Assembly (NCBI GenBank): GCA_036149055.1 | Contig: JAYZQJ010000191.1 | Span: 10,643 to 74,642, forward strand | Direction: 5' to 3' | Source: Myxococcota bacterium | Lineage (GTDB): Bacteria; Myxococcota_A; Polyangia; Polyangiales; Sandaracinaceae | DNA length: 64,000 bases | In this document: in pieces, positions 1 to 11,857 of the stretch | How the letters are laid out: each line of letters starts with the position of its first letter | How positions within the stretch are numbered: position 1 is the stretch's first letter | Notes under the pieces: model-generated | What the model was told of the DNA's origin: nothing | Databases searched by the model: none | What the model saw: the letters and a program-made list of their open reading frames with translations, nothing else | Program-made: the position numbers and the translations under genes

Positions 1-2
1 GT

Positions 3-1202
3 GCGCGCTCCAAAGCGGGGCGGCAGCCACGCGCCGCCGACCATGAGGTCGCGCCGTCCGCCGCCGACGTCCTCCGACCAGACCACGACGTGGCCGCTGG
101 AGTCGACCGTCGGGCCGTCGCTCTCCACCGTCGACAGCGGGGTCTCGACGCCGGTCGAGAGATCGAACCGGAGGGCGCGCGAGGCGCTGCCGGCGCCGCG
201 GGTGTAGACCACGACGTCGCCCCCGAGGGTGGGCGGGCCCTCGTCCTCGGGGGTGGTGGTGAGCCGCGTCTTCAGGCCGGTGGCCAGATCGAAGACGAAG
301 ACGTCGGCGTTGCCGTGCTCGTTCGAGAGGTAGGCGACCCGGGAGCCCGACACCGACGGGGCTTGGAGATCCTCGGGGCCGGTGAGCAGCGGCGCGCCGC
401 CCGGGCAGCTCTCGTCGACGAAGCCGTCGCAGTCGTCGTCGAGGCCGTCGCATCGCCCGCCGCTCGCCTCGTCCTCGACGTAGTCGGCGCCGTACTCGTC
501 GTGGCCGCACGCCCCGAAGCCGAGGGCGCCGCGGCAGGTCGCGCGCGCGTCGCCGCAGACGCCGGCGGAGAGGGGGCAGACCGGGCCGACGAGCTCCTCG
601 TCCACCACGCCGTCGCAGTCCTCGTCGGTCCCGTCGCAGGTCTCGGTCTCGGGGTGGATGGCGCCCTCGCAGGCGCCCCACGCGCCGTCGAGGCAGCGCT
701 GCACGCCGCCTTCGCAGGCCCCGACCTCGAGGCCGCAGCGCTGCGAGGTCCCCTCCCGACAGGCGCAGGTCTCGTCGATGGCGCCGTCGCAGTCGTCGTC
801 CCGGCGGTTGCATACCTCGGCCGTCGGGCCGACCGCCCCGACGCACGCGCTCCACGCGCCGTCCCGGCAGCGCTCCACGCCGGGCAGACACTCGCCCATC
901 GCCTCGCCGCAGGGCCGCTCCTCCCCGTGCCGGCAACCGCAGCCCTCGTCGGTCTCCCCGTCGCAGTCGTTGTCGAGGCCGTCGCAGGCCGTCTCGACCG
1001 GCTGGTGGTCGCGGCCGTAGTCGCAGGTGGAGGCGCCTTCGACACAGCGAGGCACCGCGCCACGGCACACGCCCTCGTCGAGGCAGGCGGCCGGCGCGCA
1101 GCCGGCGTCCGGCTCGCCCGCGTCGGAGCCCGCGAATTCGTGGACGGAGTGGCACCCGGTCGCGAAGACGAGGGCGGCGAGGAGGGGGAGCGGTCGCGCC
1201 AT
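3..1202 (-). CDS. Cys-rich lipoprotein with MopE-like (CDGxDxDCDGxxDE) repeats followed by a TolB-like beta-propeller; runs off the left edge
   Basis: Manual translation from ATG 1202: MARPLPLLAALVFATGC (lipobox), four repeats such as CDGLDNDCDGETDE and CDGLDDDCDGFVDE, then VAYLSNEHGNADVFVFDL. No stop before position 1, so it is absent from the ORF track. Confidence 0.8.
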   Translation of the reverse strand, partial: MARPLPLLAALVFATGCHSVHEFAGSDAGEPDAGCAPAACLDEGVCRGAVPRCVEGASTCDYGRDHQPVETACDGLDNDCDGETDEGCGCRHGEERPCGEAMGECLPGVERCRDGAWSACVGAVGPTAEVCNRRDDDCDGAIDETCACREGTSQRCGLEVGACEGGVQRCLDGAWGACEGAIHPETETCDGTDEDCDGVVDEELVGPVCPLSAGVCGDARATCRGALGFGACGHDEYGADYVEDEASGGRCDGLDDDCDGFVDESCPGGAPLLTGPEDLQAPSVSGSRVAYLSNEHGNADVFVFDLATGLKTRLTTTPEDEGPPTLGGDVVVYTRGAGSASRALRFDLSTGVETPLSTVESDGPTVDSSGHVVVWSEDVGGGRRDLMVGGAWLPPRFGAR

Positions 1203-1314
1203 GACCGCTGCGCCGACGCAAGCTTCGTACCTGCATGGCAAGGAGGTTGTCGGCGTGACGGGTCTCGGCAGCGGGGCCGTTCACGGCGACCCTCGGCCCT
1301 GGTACCGTGGGCGG

Positions 1315-1584
1315 ATGAGCGCTCCGTTTCGCGCCACCGTGCGCCAGGTCTATCGGCTCAACGACACCCAGCTCGTCGTGCTGCGCGACGGCTACGAGGG
1401 CGACGTGGGGCCCGGGGACGAGATCGAGCTGCAGCTCCAGGAGGGCACGGCGAAGGCCAAGGTCGTCGACCTCGCGTGGGGGAGCGCGTTCCAGGCGACC
1501 GAGCCGCCGCTGACCCTGATCGTGAAAGGCCTCCCCGAGGGCGCGGAGCCCGCCGAGGAGGCCTGGGTCAAGACCTCGAGCTGA
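1315..1584 (+). CDS. small hypothetical protein (beta-barrel-like)
   Basis: ATG 1315 in frame with ORF 1027..1584; typical GC3-rich codons from MSAPFRATV onward. Confidence 0.65.
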   Translation: MSAPFRATVRQVYRLNDTQLVVLRDGYEGDVGPGDEIELQLQEGTAKAKVVDLAWGSAFQATEPPLTLIVKGLPEGAEPAEEAWVKTSS

Positions 1585-1592
1585 CGTCGGTC

Positions 1593-2189
1593 TTACTGGG
1601 CCGGGGGCTCCGGCAGGCTGCTCGGCATGACGCTGTTCAGCTCGGAGAAGCCGATGGTGTAGCCCTCGGTGTTGCCGGTGAAGGTGCCGACGTAGACCGC
1701 GTAGGTGCCCGCGTTGAACTGGCCGACGATGAGCGGGTCGAGGCCGGTGCCGTTGCCGTCGTCGTTGCAGCGCCAGGTGCCGTCCGGGCCGCGGATGGCG
1801 AGCGTGGTGTCGTGCGCCGAGTTCACCATCACGCGCAGGTTGTTGAAGTTGCTGGTCAGGGTGACGTTGTGCTGCGGCTGGGCCGGGATGCGGCCGGCGT
1901 TGCAGTTCTGATCGAAGCTGTTCGCCATGGTCGAGCCGCCCGCGGTGCCCTGGGCGGTCTGCGGGTCGGGCATGAAGCCCGGGGTGAGCGACACGTTCGG
2001 CGTGGCCGAGCCGGGCTGGGGGCCGGTGGCCGGCTGCGTCGGGGGAGGGGTCGGGGGCTGCACCGGCGCGGTGGGCGTCGGGGCCACCGGCGGGGCGTCG
2101 TCGTCGTCGTCACCACCACAAGCGATGATGGCGCCGAGGATCATCCAGGCCGCGGCGATGCGCAGACCCTTCGCTAGCTTCGTCTTCAT
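1593..2189 (-). CDS. lipoprotein with Pro-rich linker and PPC-like domain
   Basis: IIAC lipobox, P/T-rich linker, GFMPDP...DTTLAIRGPDGTWRCNDD...GTYAVYVG. Confidence 0.75.
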   Translation of the reverse strand: MKTKLAKGLRIAAAWMILGAIIACGGDDDDDAPPVAPTPTAPVQPPTPPPTQPATGPQPGSATPNVSLTPGFMPDPQTAQGTAGGSTMANSFDQNCNAGRIPAQPQHNVTLTSNFNNLRVMVNSAHDTTLAIRGPDGTWRCNDDGNGTGLDPLIVGQFNAGTYAVYVGTFTGNTEGYTIGFSELNSVMPSSLPEPPAQ

Positions 2190-2210
2190 CGGTACCTCGG
2201 GAGAATGAGA

Positions 2211-2226
2211 GGCGGGGATTGTGCCC
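2211..2226 (-). promoter_or_regulatory. possible sigma54 -24/-12 element
   Basis: GGGCACAATCCCCGCC (GG-N10-GC) upstream of the GAGG RBS and ATG 2189. Confidence 0.3.
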
Positions 2227-2253
2227 GACGGGGCTCCCCTCGTCTCCCGAATT

Positions 2254-3135
2254 TCACGGGGTGGTCGGAGCGGGGGCCGCGAGCTCGCCGTCCGTGATCC
2301 AGGTGGACGCGTCTCGCGGGTCCTCGCCGGGGCCCGGGCCGAAGGTGCCGCCGATCGAGAGGCTGACCGTCGGGTAGAGGAGGTAGGGCGCGTCGATCCA
2401 CATCCACTGTCCCTCGAGCGCGAGGCTCACCTCGTCGGTCATCTGGAGCCGCGCCTCGGCGCCCACCGCCACGACGAAGTGACCGAGGACCGACGTCGCC
2501 GGCTGGCCGAAGGCCGTGTCGAGGCTGGGCTGGCTGCGCACGCCCAGGGTGCCGGTCAGGCGGACCGCCTCGCCGAGCCAGCGCGAGGCCGAGAGGTTCG
2601 CGCCCACCAGGAAGTTCACCCGGAGCTCGTCGCTCTCCGGGCCGGAGCACGGGACGACCTCGCCGGAGGAGTCGGTGCAGTCGCTGAAGACGGCCTCCTC
2701 CCACCGGATCGGCAGGATCGCGAAGCCTCCCTCGAGGCCGGCGGCGAGCAGGGTGCGGCCGTGGTCCAGGGGGAGGGTGAGCGTCGGATCCGCGAGCCCG
2801 TACCAGCCGGCGAGGCCCGGCGGCCGATGCGGGTCGCGGCTGATCCGCAGGGCGCCGGCGTCGAGGAACGAGCCGTAGTGGACGCGCATCGTGAAGTGCT
2901 CGTGCAGCCGGATGCCGGCCGCGCCCTCGATCTGGGCGCGGGGCACGTAGACCGCGGCGCTGCCGGAGGCCGTCGACGGCTCGACGTCGGTCTGGACCAG
3001 GACCCGACCCCGGACCTCCACGCGACCGCGAGAGGGCGCCGGCGTGGGGTTGGCGGGGAGCGGCACGAGCTGCGATCGGAGGGTGCCGCAGCCGGACGCG
3101 AGGAGGAGCAAGGTGAAAGCCAAGTGAGCACGCAT
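2254..3135 (-). CDS. hypothetical lipoprotein, possible outer-membrane beta-barrel
   Basis: LLASGC lipobox; alternating beta-strand pattern in the C-terminal half. Confidence 0.7.
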   Translation of the reverse strand: MRAHLAFTLLLLASGCGTLRSQLVPLPANPTPAPSRGRVEVRGRVLVQTDVEPSTASGSAAVYVPRAQIEGAAGIRLHEHFTMRVHYGSFLDAGALRISRDPHRPPGLAGWYGLADPTLTLPLDHGRTLLAAGLEGGFAILPIRWEEAVFSDCTDSSGEVVPCSGPESDELRVNFLVGANLSASRWLGEAVRLTGTLGVRSQPSLDTAFGQPATSVLGHFVVAVGAEARLQMTDEVSLALEGQWMWIDAPYLLYPTVSLSIGGTFGPGPGEDPRDASTWITDGELAAPAPTTP

Positions 3136-3147
3136 GCCGGCGGCGAT

Positions 3148-3163
3148 TGCGAACCGCGTGCCG
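3148..3163 (-). promoter_or_regulatory. possible sigma54 -24/-12 element
   Basis: CGGCACGCGGTTCGCA (GG-N10-GC) just upstream of ATG 3135. Confidence 0.35.
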
Positions 3164-3227
3164 CGCCGGGAGCGTGCCGCTCGGCCGTGTCAGCCCGTGC
3201 CAGGGCCGGGGGCGGCGTGAAGCACGC

Positions 3228-4466
3228 TCACCCGGTCTGGGCTTCGTCGTCGTCGTCGCTCGTGATCAGCCGCAGCGCCTTCGTGCGCATGCCGCTGACC
3301 CGGCGGGCCGAGAAGGGGAGCTCGTCGGCGGTCGCGTAGCGCATCACCCGGCCCGGGTCGGTCTCGGCGCGGCCGAGGTACCAGCCCTGGAGGAGGTCGA
3401 CGCCGAGGCCGGCGGCGGCCTGCGACTCTCCGACCGTCTCGATGCCCTCCGCGACCACCTGGGCGCCGGTGGTGGAGGCGAAGCGGCAGAGCAGATCCAC
3501 CAACCGCTGCTTCCGGGGCTCGCGGTCGAGGTCGCGGGTGAGGCTCATGTCGAGCTTCACGATGTCGGGGTCGATGTCGGCGAGCGCGGCGAGGGAGCTC
3601 GCGCCGGCCCCGAGATCGTCGACCGCGATCCGGAAGCCCGCCTCGCGCAGGCGCCCCACCGAGGCCGCCCAGCCGGGGCGGCCGATGAGCGACGAGCGCT
3701 CGGTGATCTCGAGCACCACCCGGCGCGAGAACGCGCGCAGCGGACCCATGCGGATCATCAGCGCCTCCGCGTCGGTCAGCTCGTCCGGGTGGAGGTTGAG
3801 GAAGAGCTGGGTCGGCGCCGGGACCTGCGAGAGCCAGCGGGCCGCCGCGTGGGCGACCGCCCGACCGAGCGCGTGCACCGCGCCGTGGGCCTCGGCCGCC
3901 GCCAGCACCTGCTCGGGCCCGGTGAGCACGTCGCAGTCGCAGCGCAGCAGCGCCTCGAAGGCCACCGTGCGCCGGTCGCTGGCCCGCACGATCGGCTGGA
4001 GGCCCAGGGAGATTCCGTCCCGCGCGATCAGCGCCTCGAGCGCGCGCCCCTGCTCCCGGTGGGCGGCGTCGCGGGCCCGGGCCCAGCGGAGGCCGGCCCG
4101 CTCGGCGGTGTCGATCGCCTCGCGCACCGCGGACACCAGGTCCTTCGGGTGCACGGGTTTCTGAATGATCTTGGCGACTTCGCCGCGGTTGACCGCGTCG
4201 ACCATCACGTCGACGTCCAGCGCGCCCGAGACCAGCAGGCGCACCATCGAGGGCTGCACGTCCCGGAGCCGGGCGAGCACGCTCAGGCCGTCGAGCCCGG
4301 GCATCCGGTAGTCGACGAGGGCCACGCTGAGGGACTCGCTCTTGGCGATGCGGAGGGCCTCGACCCCGCTCGCGGCGCCGACGGTCTCGAAGCCGGCGCG
4401 ACGGAGCACCTGCTGGATCGTCCTTCGAACGAGATCGTCGTCGTCCACCACCAGGATCGAATGCAT
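3228..4466 (-). CDS. response regulator with REC and EAL (c-di-GMP phosphodiesterase) domains
   Basis: ILVVDDD...DYRMPGLDG...KP receiver; FEALLR, LEITE, DDLGAG, KLD, EGIET, QGW; GAGGAG RBS before ATG 4466. Confidence 0.9.
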   Translation of the reverse strand: MHSILVVDDDDLVRRTIQQVLRRAGFETVGAASGVEALRIAKSESLSVALVDYRMPGLDGLSVLARLRDVQPSMVRLLVSGALDVDVMVDAVNRGEVAKIIQKPVHPKDLVSAVREAIDTAERAGLRWARARDAAHREQGRALEALIARDGISLGLQPIVRASDRRTVAFEALLRCDCDVLTGPEQVLAAAEAHGAVHALGRAVAHAAARWLSQVPAPTQLFLNLHPDELTDAEALMIRMGPLRAFSRRVVLEITERSSLIGRPGWAASVGRLREAGFRIAVDDLGAGASSLAALADIDPDIVKLDMSLTRDLDREPRKQRLVDLLCRFASTTGAQVVAEGIETVGESQAAAGLGVDLLQGWYLGRAETDPGRVMRYATADELPFSARRVSGMRTKALRLITSDDDDEAQTG

Positions 4467-4779
4467 GGCTCTCCTCACATCGACGGAGGGGTGAAGAACT
4501 TGACCTCCCGCCATCGGGACGTCCCCGCTCCCTCACATCGAGCCTTCGCCCCGCTGGGGCGCCACACAAGTCCACTGGATCGGACGCGTCCGCGGCGTCG
4601 GGCTTTCCCTGGCACGTCGAGATCGTTTTCCATCGGGGTGCGTAGCCTTTTTCGCACTTTGAACTCTCACGTCGTCGCGTTGCGCGGAGCCCCCGTCTTC
4701 GGCTAGCGTCGCCGCCCAGTTCCGGGAGGGGTGAGGTGCGCGCACGCGCAGGCCCGCCCTTCTCCGAGGAGGCTTTCAC

Positions 4780-7293
<2,514 letters not shown>

Positions 7294-7296
7294 GCC

Positions 7297-8418
7297 ATGG
7301 CCGAGACGTACGACGCCGAGGTGGCGATCATCGGCGCCGGCCCGGCCGGCACCGCCGCGGCCGCGCACCTCGCGAGCCTCGGGATCGACGACGTGGTCCT
7401 CGTCGACCGCCACGACTTCCCGCGCGACAAGACCTGCGGCAGCGGCATCTCCCCCAAGGGGATCAAGGTGCTCAAGGAGCTCGGCATCTGGGAGGAGGTC
7501 GAGCCCCACGCCTACTGGATCCGCGGCATCCGCATCGTCACGCCGGGCGGCCGCGACAGCTGGCAGTCGGCCGGCGACGTCGCCGAGGCCGTGGTCTGCC
7601 ACCGCCGCACCCTCGATCACATCCTCTGGAAGAAGGCCGTCTCGGGCGGCGTGCGCTTCCTGCCCAACTTCGACGCCGCCGAGGCGATCGAGGAGGGCGG
7701 GCGCATGGTCGGCTTCAAGGCCCGCGACGGCCGCGAGGTCCGCGCCCGCTACACCCTGATCGCCGGCGGCAGCCACTGCCGCGTCGGCCTGCCGGAGCTC
7801 CGGCCGCGCCGCACCATCCAGGCGATCATGGGCTGGTGGGACGACGCGGACTTCAAGCCGCACCACGTCGAGATGATCTTCGACCGGATGATCGAGCCCT
7901 ACTACGGCTGGCTCTTCCCGGAGTCGGAGACGCGGGTGAACATCGGCATCACCTACGAGGATCCGCCCGGCGAGAAGAAGCACGCGCGGAAGCTCTTCCA
8001 GCAGTTCCTCGACAAGTACTACGGCGAGCGCCTCGCCAACGCGACGCAGGTCGGCGGCTGGAAGGGCCACCCGGTGGTCTGGAGCTACAAGATCGACAGC
8101 CTCACCGCGCCCGGCCGCGTCGCGATCGGGGAGTCCGGGCTGATGACCCACCCGGCGACCGCCGAGGGCATCTACCAGGGCATGCGCTCCGGCATGCTCG
8201 GCGCCGAGGCCGTTCACTCGATCCTCCGCCGCGGCGTGGCCGAGCAGGAGGCGGGCGCGATCTACGAGCGCGAGTGCAAGAAGGCGTTCCAGCTCTCCTT
8301 CTGGGGCGGCGGCGTCTTCCGCAAGATGGTGCGCACCGACGCGCTCGACTGGGCGGTCGCGATCGGCGAGCAGCCGATGGTGCAGTCGGTCACCGCGAAG
8401 CTGATGGCGGCCATGTGA
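7297..8418 (+). CDS. geranylgeranyl reductase-family FAD oxidoreductase
   Basis: GAGPAG, FPRDKTCGSGIS, YYGWLFP, NIGI, GESGLMTHPATAEGIY. Confidence 0.85.
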   Translation: MAETYDAEVAIIGAGPAGTAAAAHLASLGIDDVVLVDRHDFPRDKTCGSGISPKGIKVLKELGIWEEVEPHAYWIRGIRIVTPGGRDSWQSAGDVAEAVVCHRRTLDHILWKKAVSGGVRFLPNFDAAEAIEEGGRMVGFKARDGREVRARYTLIAGGSHCRVGLPELRPRRTIQAIMGWWDDADFKPHHVEMIFDRMIEPYYGWLFPESETRVNIGITYEDPPGEKKHARKLFQQFLDKYYGERLANATQVGGWKGHPVVWSYKIDSLTAPGRVAIGESGLMTHPATAEGIYQGMRSGMLGAEAVHSILRRGVAEQEAGAIYERECKKAFQLSFWGGGVFRKMVRTDALDWAVAIGEQPMVQSVTAKLMAAM

Positions 8419-11400
8419 TGACGCCGCGGTACGACGTCGGGATCGTCGGCGCGTCGGTCGCCGGGTGCACCACCGCGCTGGCGTGCGCGAAGGCGGGGGC
8501 GCGCGTGCTCCTGCTCGAGGCCGACCCGAACGAGGCGGCCGCGCAGCACGTCGGAGCGTGGCTCCACCCGGACGCGATGGACGCGCTCGAGGGCCTCGGC
8601 GTCGACCTCGTGCCCCCCGTGGGCTACCCGACCGGCAAGGGCTACGTGCTCTTCCCGGAGGACGGCACCGAGGCCGTGGTCCTGCCGTACTCGGTGGGCC
8701 GCTTCGGCTTCTCGCTCCCGCAGGGCCTCCTGGTCGAGACGCTGCGGCAGCACTGCGACGCCGACGAGGCGGTGACCCTCCGCTCGCCGGTCCGCGCGAG
8801 CCGCGTCGACGCGGGTACGCTCACCTGGCAGGAGCGCGGCCGCCCGCGCAGCGCCCGGGTCGAGCACGTCGTCTTCGCCGCCGGCGCGGACGTGCAGCCG
8901 ATCAAGCGCGGCGCCGGCTACGTCTTCGGCGCGATCGAGCGGCCGCCGACGCACCGCATCGCCAGCCTCGATCTGGTGGGCGCGACGCTGCCCTTCGAGG
9001 GCTTCCGACACGTCTTCGTCGGCGGCTGCGGCGTCGCGATCGCGCACCGCGTCGGCCCGGCCACCGTGCGCCTGGCGCTCGACGTGCCGCTCGGCTTCCG
9101 CGTGCCCCGCGAGGGCGGCGTGCAGCTGCTCGAGGCCTACGCGCCGTCGCTGCCGGAGGAGCTCGCCCTGCCCTTCGCCGAGGCGCTGCGCCGCGGGGCG
9201 CCGTCCTGGTCGCACGGCCGCATCCAGCCGCGCGGCAACATGATCCGCGGGGGCATCGCGCGGGTCGGCGACGCCGCCGGCAGCCTGCACCCGCTCACCG
9301 CGGCCGGCCCGAGCCTCGCGATCGCCGACGGCGTCGCCTTCGCCGAGTCCCGCTCGCCGGCCTCGTTCGCGCGCAAGCGCCGCCGCGACACCCGCCTCCC
9401 CGAGGCGATCGCGATCGGGCTCGCCGAGGTGCTGACCGACGAGGCGCCGGAGAGCGTCGCCATCCGCCGCGCGATGTACAACATGTGGCGCGACGATCCG
9501 GGCGAGCGGCTCCGCACGATGAGCTACATCGCCGGCGAGAACGAGGGGCTGCTGCGCTTCGGCGGCTCGTGTCTCCGGGTCATGCTCTCGAGCGCGGCCC
9601 GGGTGGCGAAGAGCGGCGCCCGCGGCGAGCTGCGCCACGCGCACCGGACCGGCTCGGCGCTGCTCGAGCGCATCGGCTGGATGGTCGGCGGCGCGCTCGG
9701 CTGGAGCGATCTCCTGCCCGACGCCTTCGCGGAGAAGCTCGAGGCGCGCGGCACCACGCGCTACCTCGGCGCGCTGCACCACACCGGCGAGGCCGAGGTC
9801 GTCGGGCTGCCCGCCCGGAGCGGCGGCGCGTCGTCGATCCAGACCGCGCTCGCGCGCGGCGCCCAGGCGCTGGTGAACGAGCAGGCCGAGGACGGCTCCT
9901 TCGAGGGGGAGGTCGTCTGGTGCCCGATGCTCGCCGCGCAGTACGTGCTCGCCTCGCACGTGATGGACCGGCCGATCGATCCCGAGCGTCGGCGGCTGCT
10001 CCTGCGTCACTTCGAGGACACGTTGCTGCCCGGCGGCGCGTGGGGCCTGCACGAGAAGAGCGAGCCCTACCTCTTCGTCACCACGCTCGTGTACGTCGCG
10101 GCCCGGCTCCTCGGGGTCGACAAGGACGACGCGCTCATCCGCGAGGCGAAGGCGTTCATCCGTCAGGAGGGCGGCGCGGTCGGCATCCCGAGCTGGGGCA
10201 AGCTCTGGCTCGCGCTCGTCGATCTCTACGCCTGGGAGGGCGTCAACCCGGTGGTGCCCGAGCTCTGGGCGACGCCGCGCTGGCTGCCGATGCACCCGAG
10301 CCGCTACTACTGCCACACCCGGCTCATCTACATGGGCATGGCCGCGCTCTACGGCGGGCGCGTGCGGCGCGAAGCGAACGCGACCATCCGCTGCGTGCGC
10401 GACGAGATCTTCCTCCAGCCGTACGGCGAGATCGACTTCGACGCCGCGCGCGAGACCCTCCGCGAGGGGGACGTGCACGACGCGCCGGGGCCGCTCCTGA
10501 AGCTGAGCTACCGGCTCCTCACCCGCTTCGAGCAGGCCAAGTCCGACGGCCTCCGGCAGAGGCTCCTCGGCGAGCTGCGCGACAAGATCCGCTACGAGCT
10601 CCGCTCGACGCACTACACCTGCATCTCGCCGGTCAGCGGCATGCTCGGCCTCCTCGCGCTCCACGCGAACGACCCGTCGGATCCCGACCTCGTGAAGGGG
10701 CTCGAGGGCTTCGAGGGCTGGATCTGGGAGGACGAGCAGGAGGGCGCGCGCATCGCCGGCGCCCGGAGCGCGACCTGGGACACCGCGTTCGCCGCCCAGG
10801 CGCTCGCGGCGGCCGCGGGTCACGTGGACGTCAGCGCGCCCCTCGAGCGCGCCGACGCCTTCCTCGCCAGCCAGCAGATCCGGCGCGGCACCGGCCTCGA
10901 GGGGCAGCACGACCGGCTCGACCCGACCGGCGGCTACTGCTTCGCCGGCGTCTGGCACGGCTGGCCGGTCAGCGACTGCACCGCCGAGGCGATGCTCGCG
11001 CGGCTCCACAACCCGGCCGCGAAGCCGAGCGCCCGCGCGATGGAGCAGGCGGCCGAGTTCGTGCTGCGCTGCCAGAACGCCGACGGCGGCTTCGGGAGCT
11101 ACGAGGCGCGGCGGCACGCGCGGCTCTCGATCGACTGGCTCAACCCGAGCGAGATGTTCGGCGCGTGCATGACCGAGCGCTCCTACGTCGAGTGCACCGC
11201 GTCGTGCGTGCAGGGCCTCGCCGCCTTCCGCGAGCGCTACCCGGACCGGCTCCGCGGGCGCGTCGACGCGGCGATCGAGGCCGGCGTCGCCCGCCTCCGC
11301 GCCGAGCAGCGCGCCGACGGCTCCTTCGAGGGCATGTGGGGCGTCAACTTCATCTACGGGACGCTCTTCGGGGTCCGCGGGCTGCTGGCCGGCGGCGTGC

Positions 11401-11813
11401 CCTGCACCGACCCGCAGATCCGCCGCGCCTGCGCGTGGCTGCTCGAGCGCCAGCGCCCCGACGGCGGCTGGGGCGAGCACTTCGCGAGCGTGCTCGAGGG
11501 CCGCTACGTGGAGCACGAGGAGGCGCAGGTCGTGCAGACCGCGTGGGCGCTGACCTGCCTGCTCGAGGCCGAGGAGCCGGACTTCGCGGCGCTCGAGCGC
11601 GCGGCCCGGCTGCTCGCCCGGACCCAGCGGTCCGACGGAACGTGGCCGAAGCAGGATCCCGAGGGGATCTTCTTCCACACCGCGCTCCTCGAGTACCGCC
11701 TCTACCGCGCATACTTCCCGCCCTGGGCGCTCGGGCTCTTCGCGAGCCGCGCCGAGGCCAGGGCCGCCTGGACCGAAGGGGGCCGCGCCGAGCGCCGCCC
11801 CGCCATCGTCTGA
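8418..11813 (+). CDS. osc: squalene epoxidase-like domain (degenerate) fused to oxidosqualene cyclase
   Basis: TGATG overlap start; N-terminal FAD monooxygenase fold; from ~9835 QW repeats, IPSWGKLWL, YCHTRLIY, HGWPVSDCTAE (DCTAE at 10974-10988), WGVNFIYGT. Confidence 0.92.
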   Translation: MTPRYDVGIVGASVAGCTTALACAKAGARVLLLEADPNEAAAQHVGAWLHPDAMDALEGLGVDLVPPVGYPTGKGYVLFPEDGTEAVVLPYSVGRFGFSLPQGLLVETLRQHCDADEAVTLRSPVRASRVDAGTLTWQERGRPRSARVEHVVFAAGADVQPIKRGAGYVFGAIERPPTHRIASLDLVGATLPFEGFRHVFVGGCGVAIAHRVGPATVRLALDVPLGFRVPREGGVQLLEAYAPSLPEELALPFAEALRRGAPSWSHGRIQPRGNMIRGGIARVGDAAGSLHPLTAAGPSLAIADGVAFAESRSPASFARKRRRDTRLPEAIAIGLAEVLTDEAPESVAIRRAMYNMWRDDPGERLRTMSYIAGENEGLLRFGGSCLRVMLSSAARVAKSGARGELRHAHRTGSALLERIGWMVGGALGWSDLLPDAFAEKLEARGTTRYLGALHHTGEAEVVGLPARSGGASSIQTALARGAQALVNEQAEDGSFEGEVVWCPMLAAQYVLASHVMDRPIDPERRRLLLRHFEDTLLPGGAWGLHEKSEPYLFVTTLVYVAARLLGVDKDDALIREAKAFIRQEGGAVGIPSWGKLWLALVDLYAWEGVNPVVPELWATPRWLPMHPSRYYCHTRLIYMGMAALYGGRVRREANATIRCVRDEIFLQPYGEIDFDAARETLREGDVHDAPGPLLKLSYRLLTRFEQAKSDGLRQRLLGELRDKIRYELRSTHYTCISPVSGMLGLLALHANDPSDPDLVKGLEGFEGWIWEDEQEGARIAGARSATWDTAFAAQALAAAAGHVDVSAPLERADAFLASQQIRRGTGLEGQHDRLDPTGGYCFAGVWHGWPVSDCTAEAMLARLHNPAAKPSARAMEQAAEFVLRCQNADGGFGSYEARRHARLSIDWLNPSEMFGACMTERSYVECTASCVQGLAAFRERYPDRLRGRVDAAIEAGVARLRAEQRADGSFEGMWGVNFIYGTLFGVRGLLAGGVPCTDPQIRRACAWLLERQRPDGGWGEHFASVLEGRYVEHEEAQVVQTAWALTCLLEAEEPDFAALERAARLLARTQRSDGTWPKQDPEGIFFHTALLEYRLYRAYFPPWALGLFASRAEARAAWTEGGRAERRPAIV

Positions 11814-11857
11814 GAATTCTGTCGTCGAGCCGTACCGATGCAGTCCAAGGAGCAGTC

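Noticed and set aside
4610..4625. TGGCACG upstream of the sterol operon as a sigma54 promoter
   Set aside because: No GC at the -12 position (GG-N10-TC)
8465..11857. 2237-aa ORF 8465..15178 read as one giant protein
   Set aside because: The N-terminal half overlaps the OSC gene out of frame; the real start is ATG 11858 with an AAGGAG RBS
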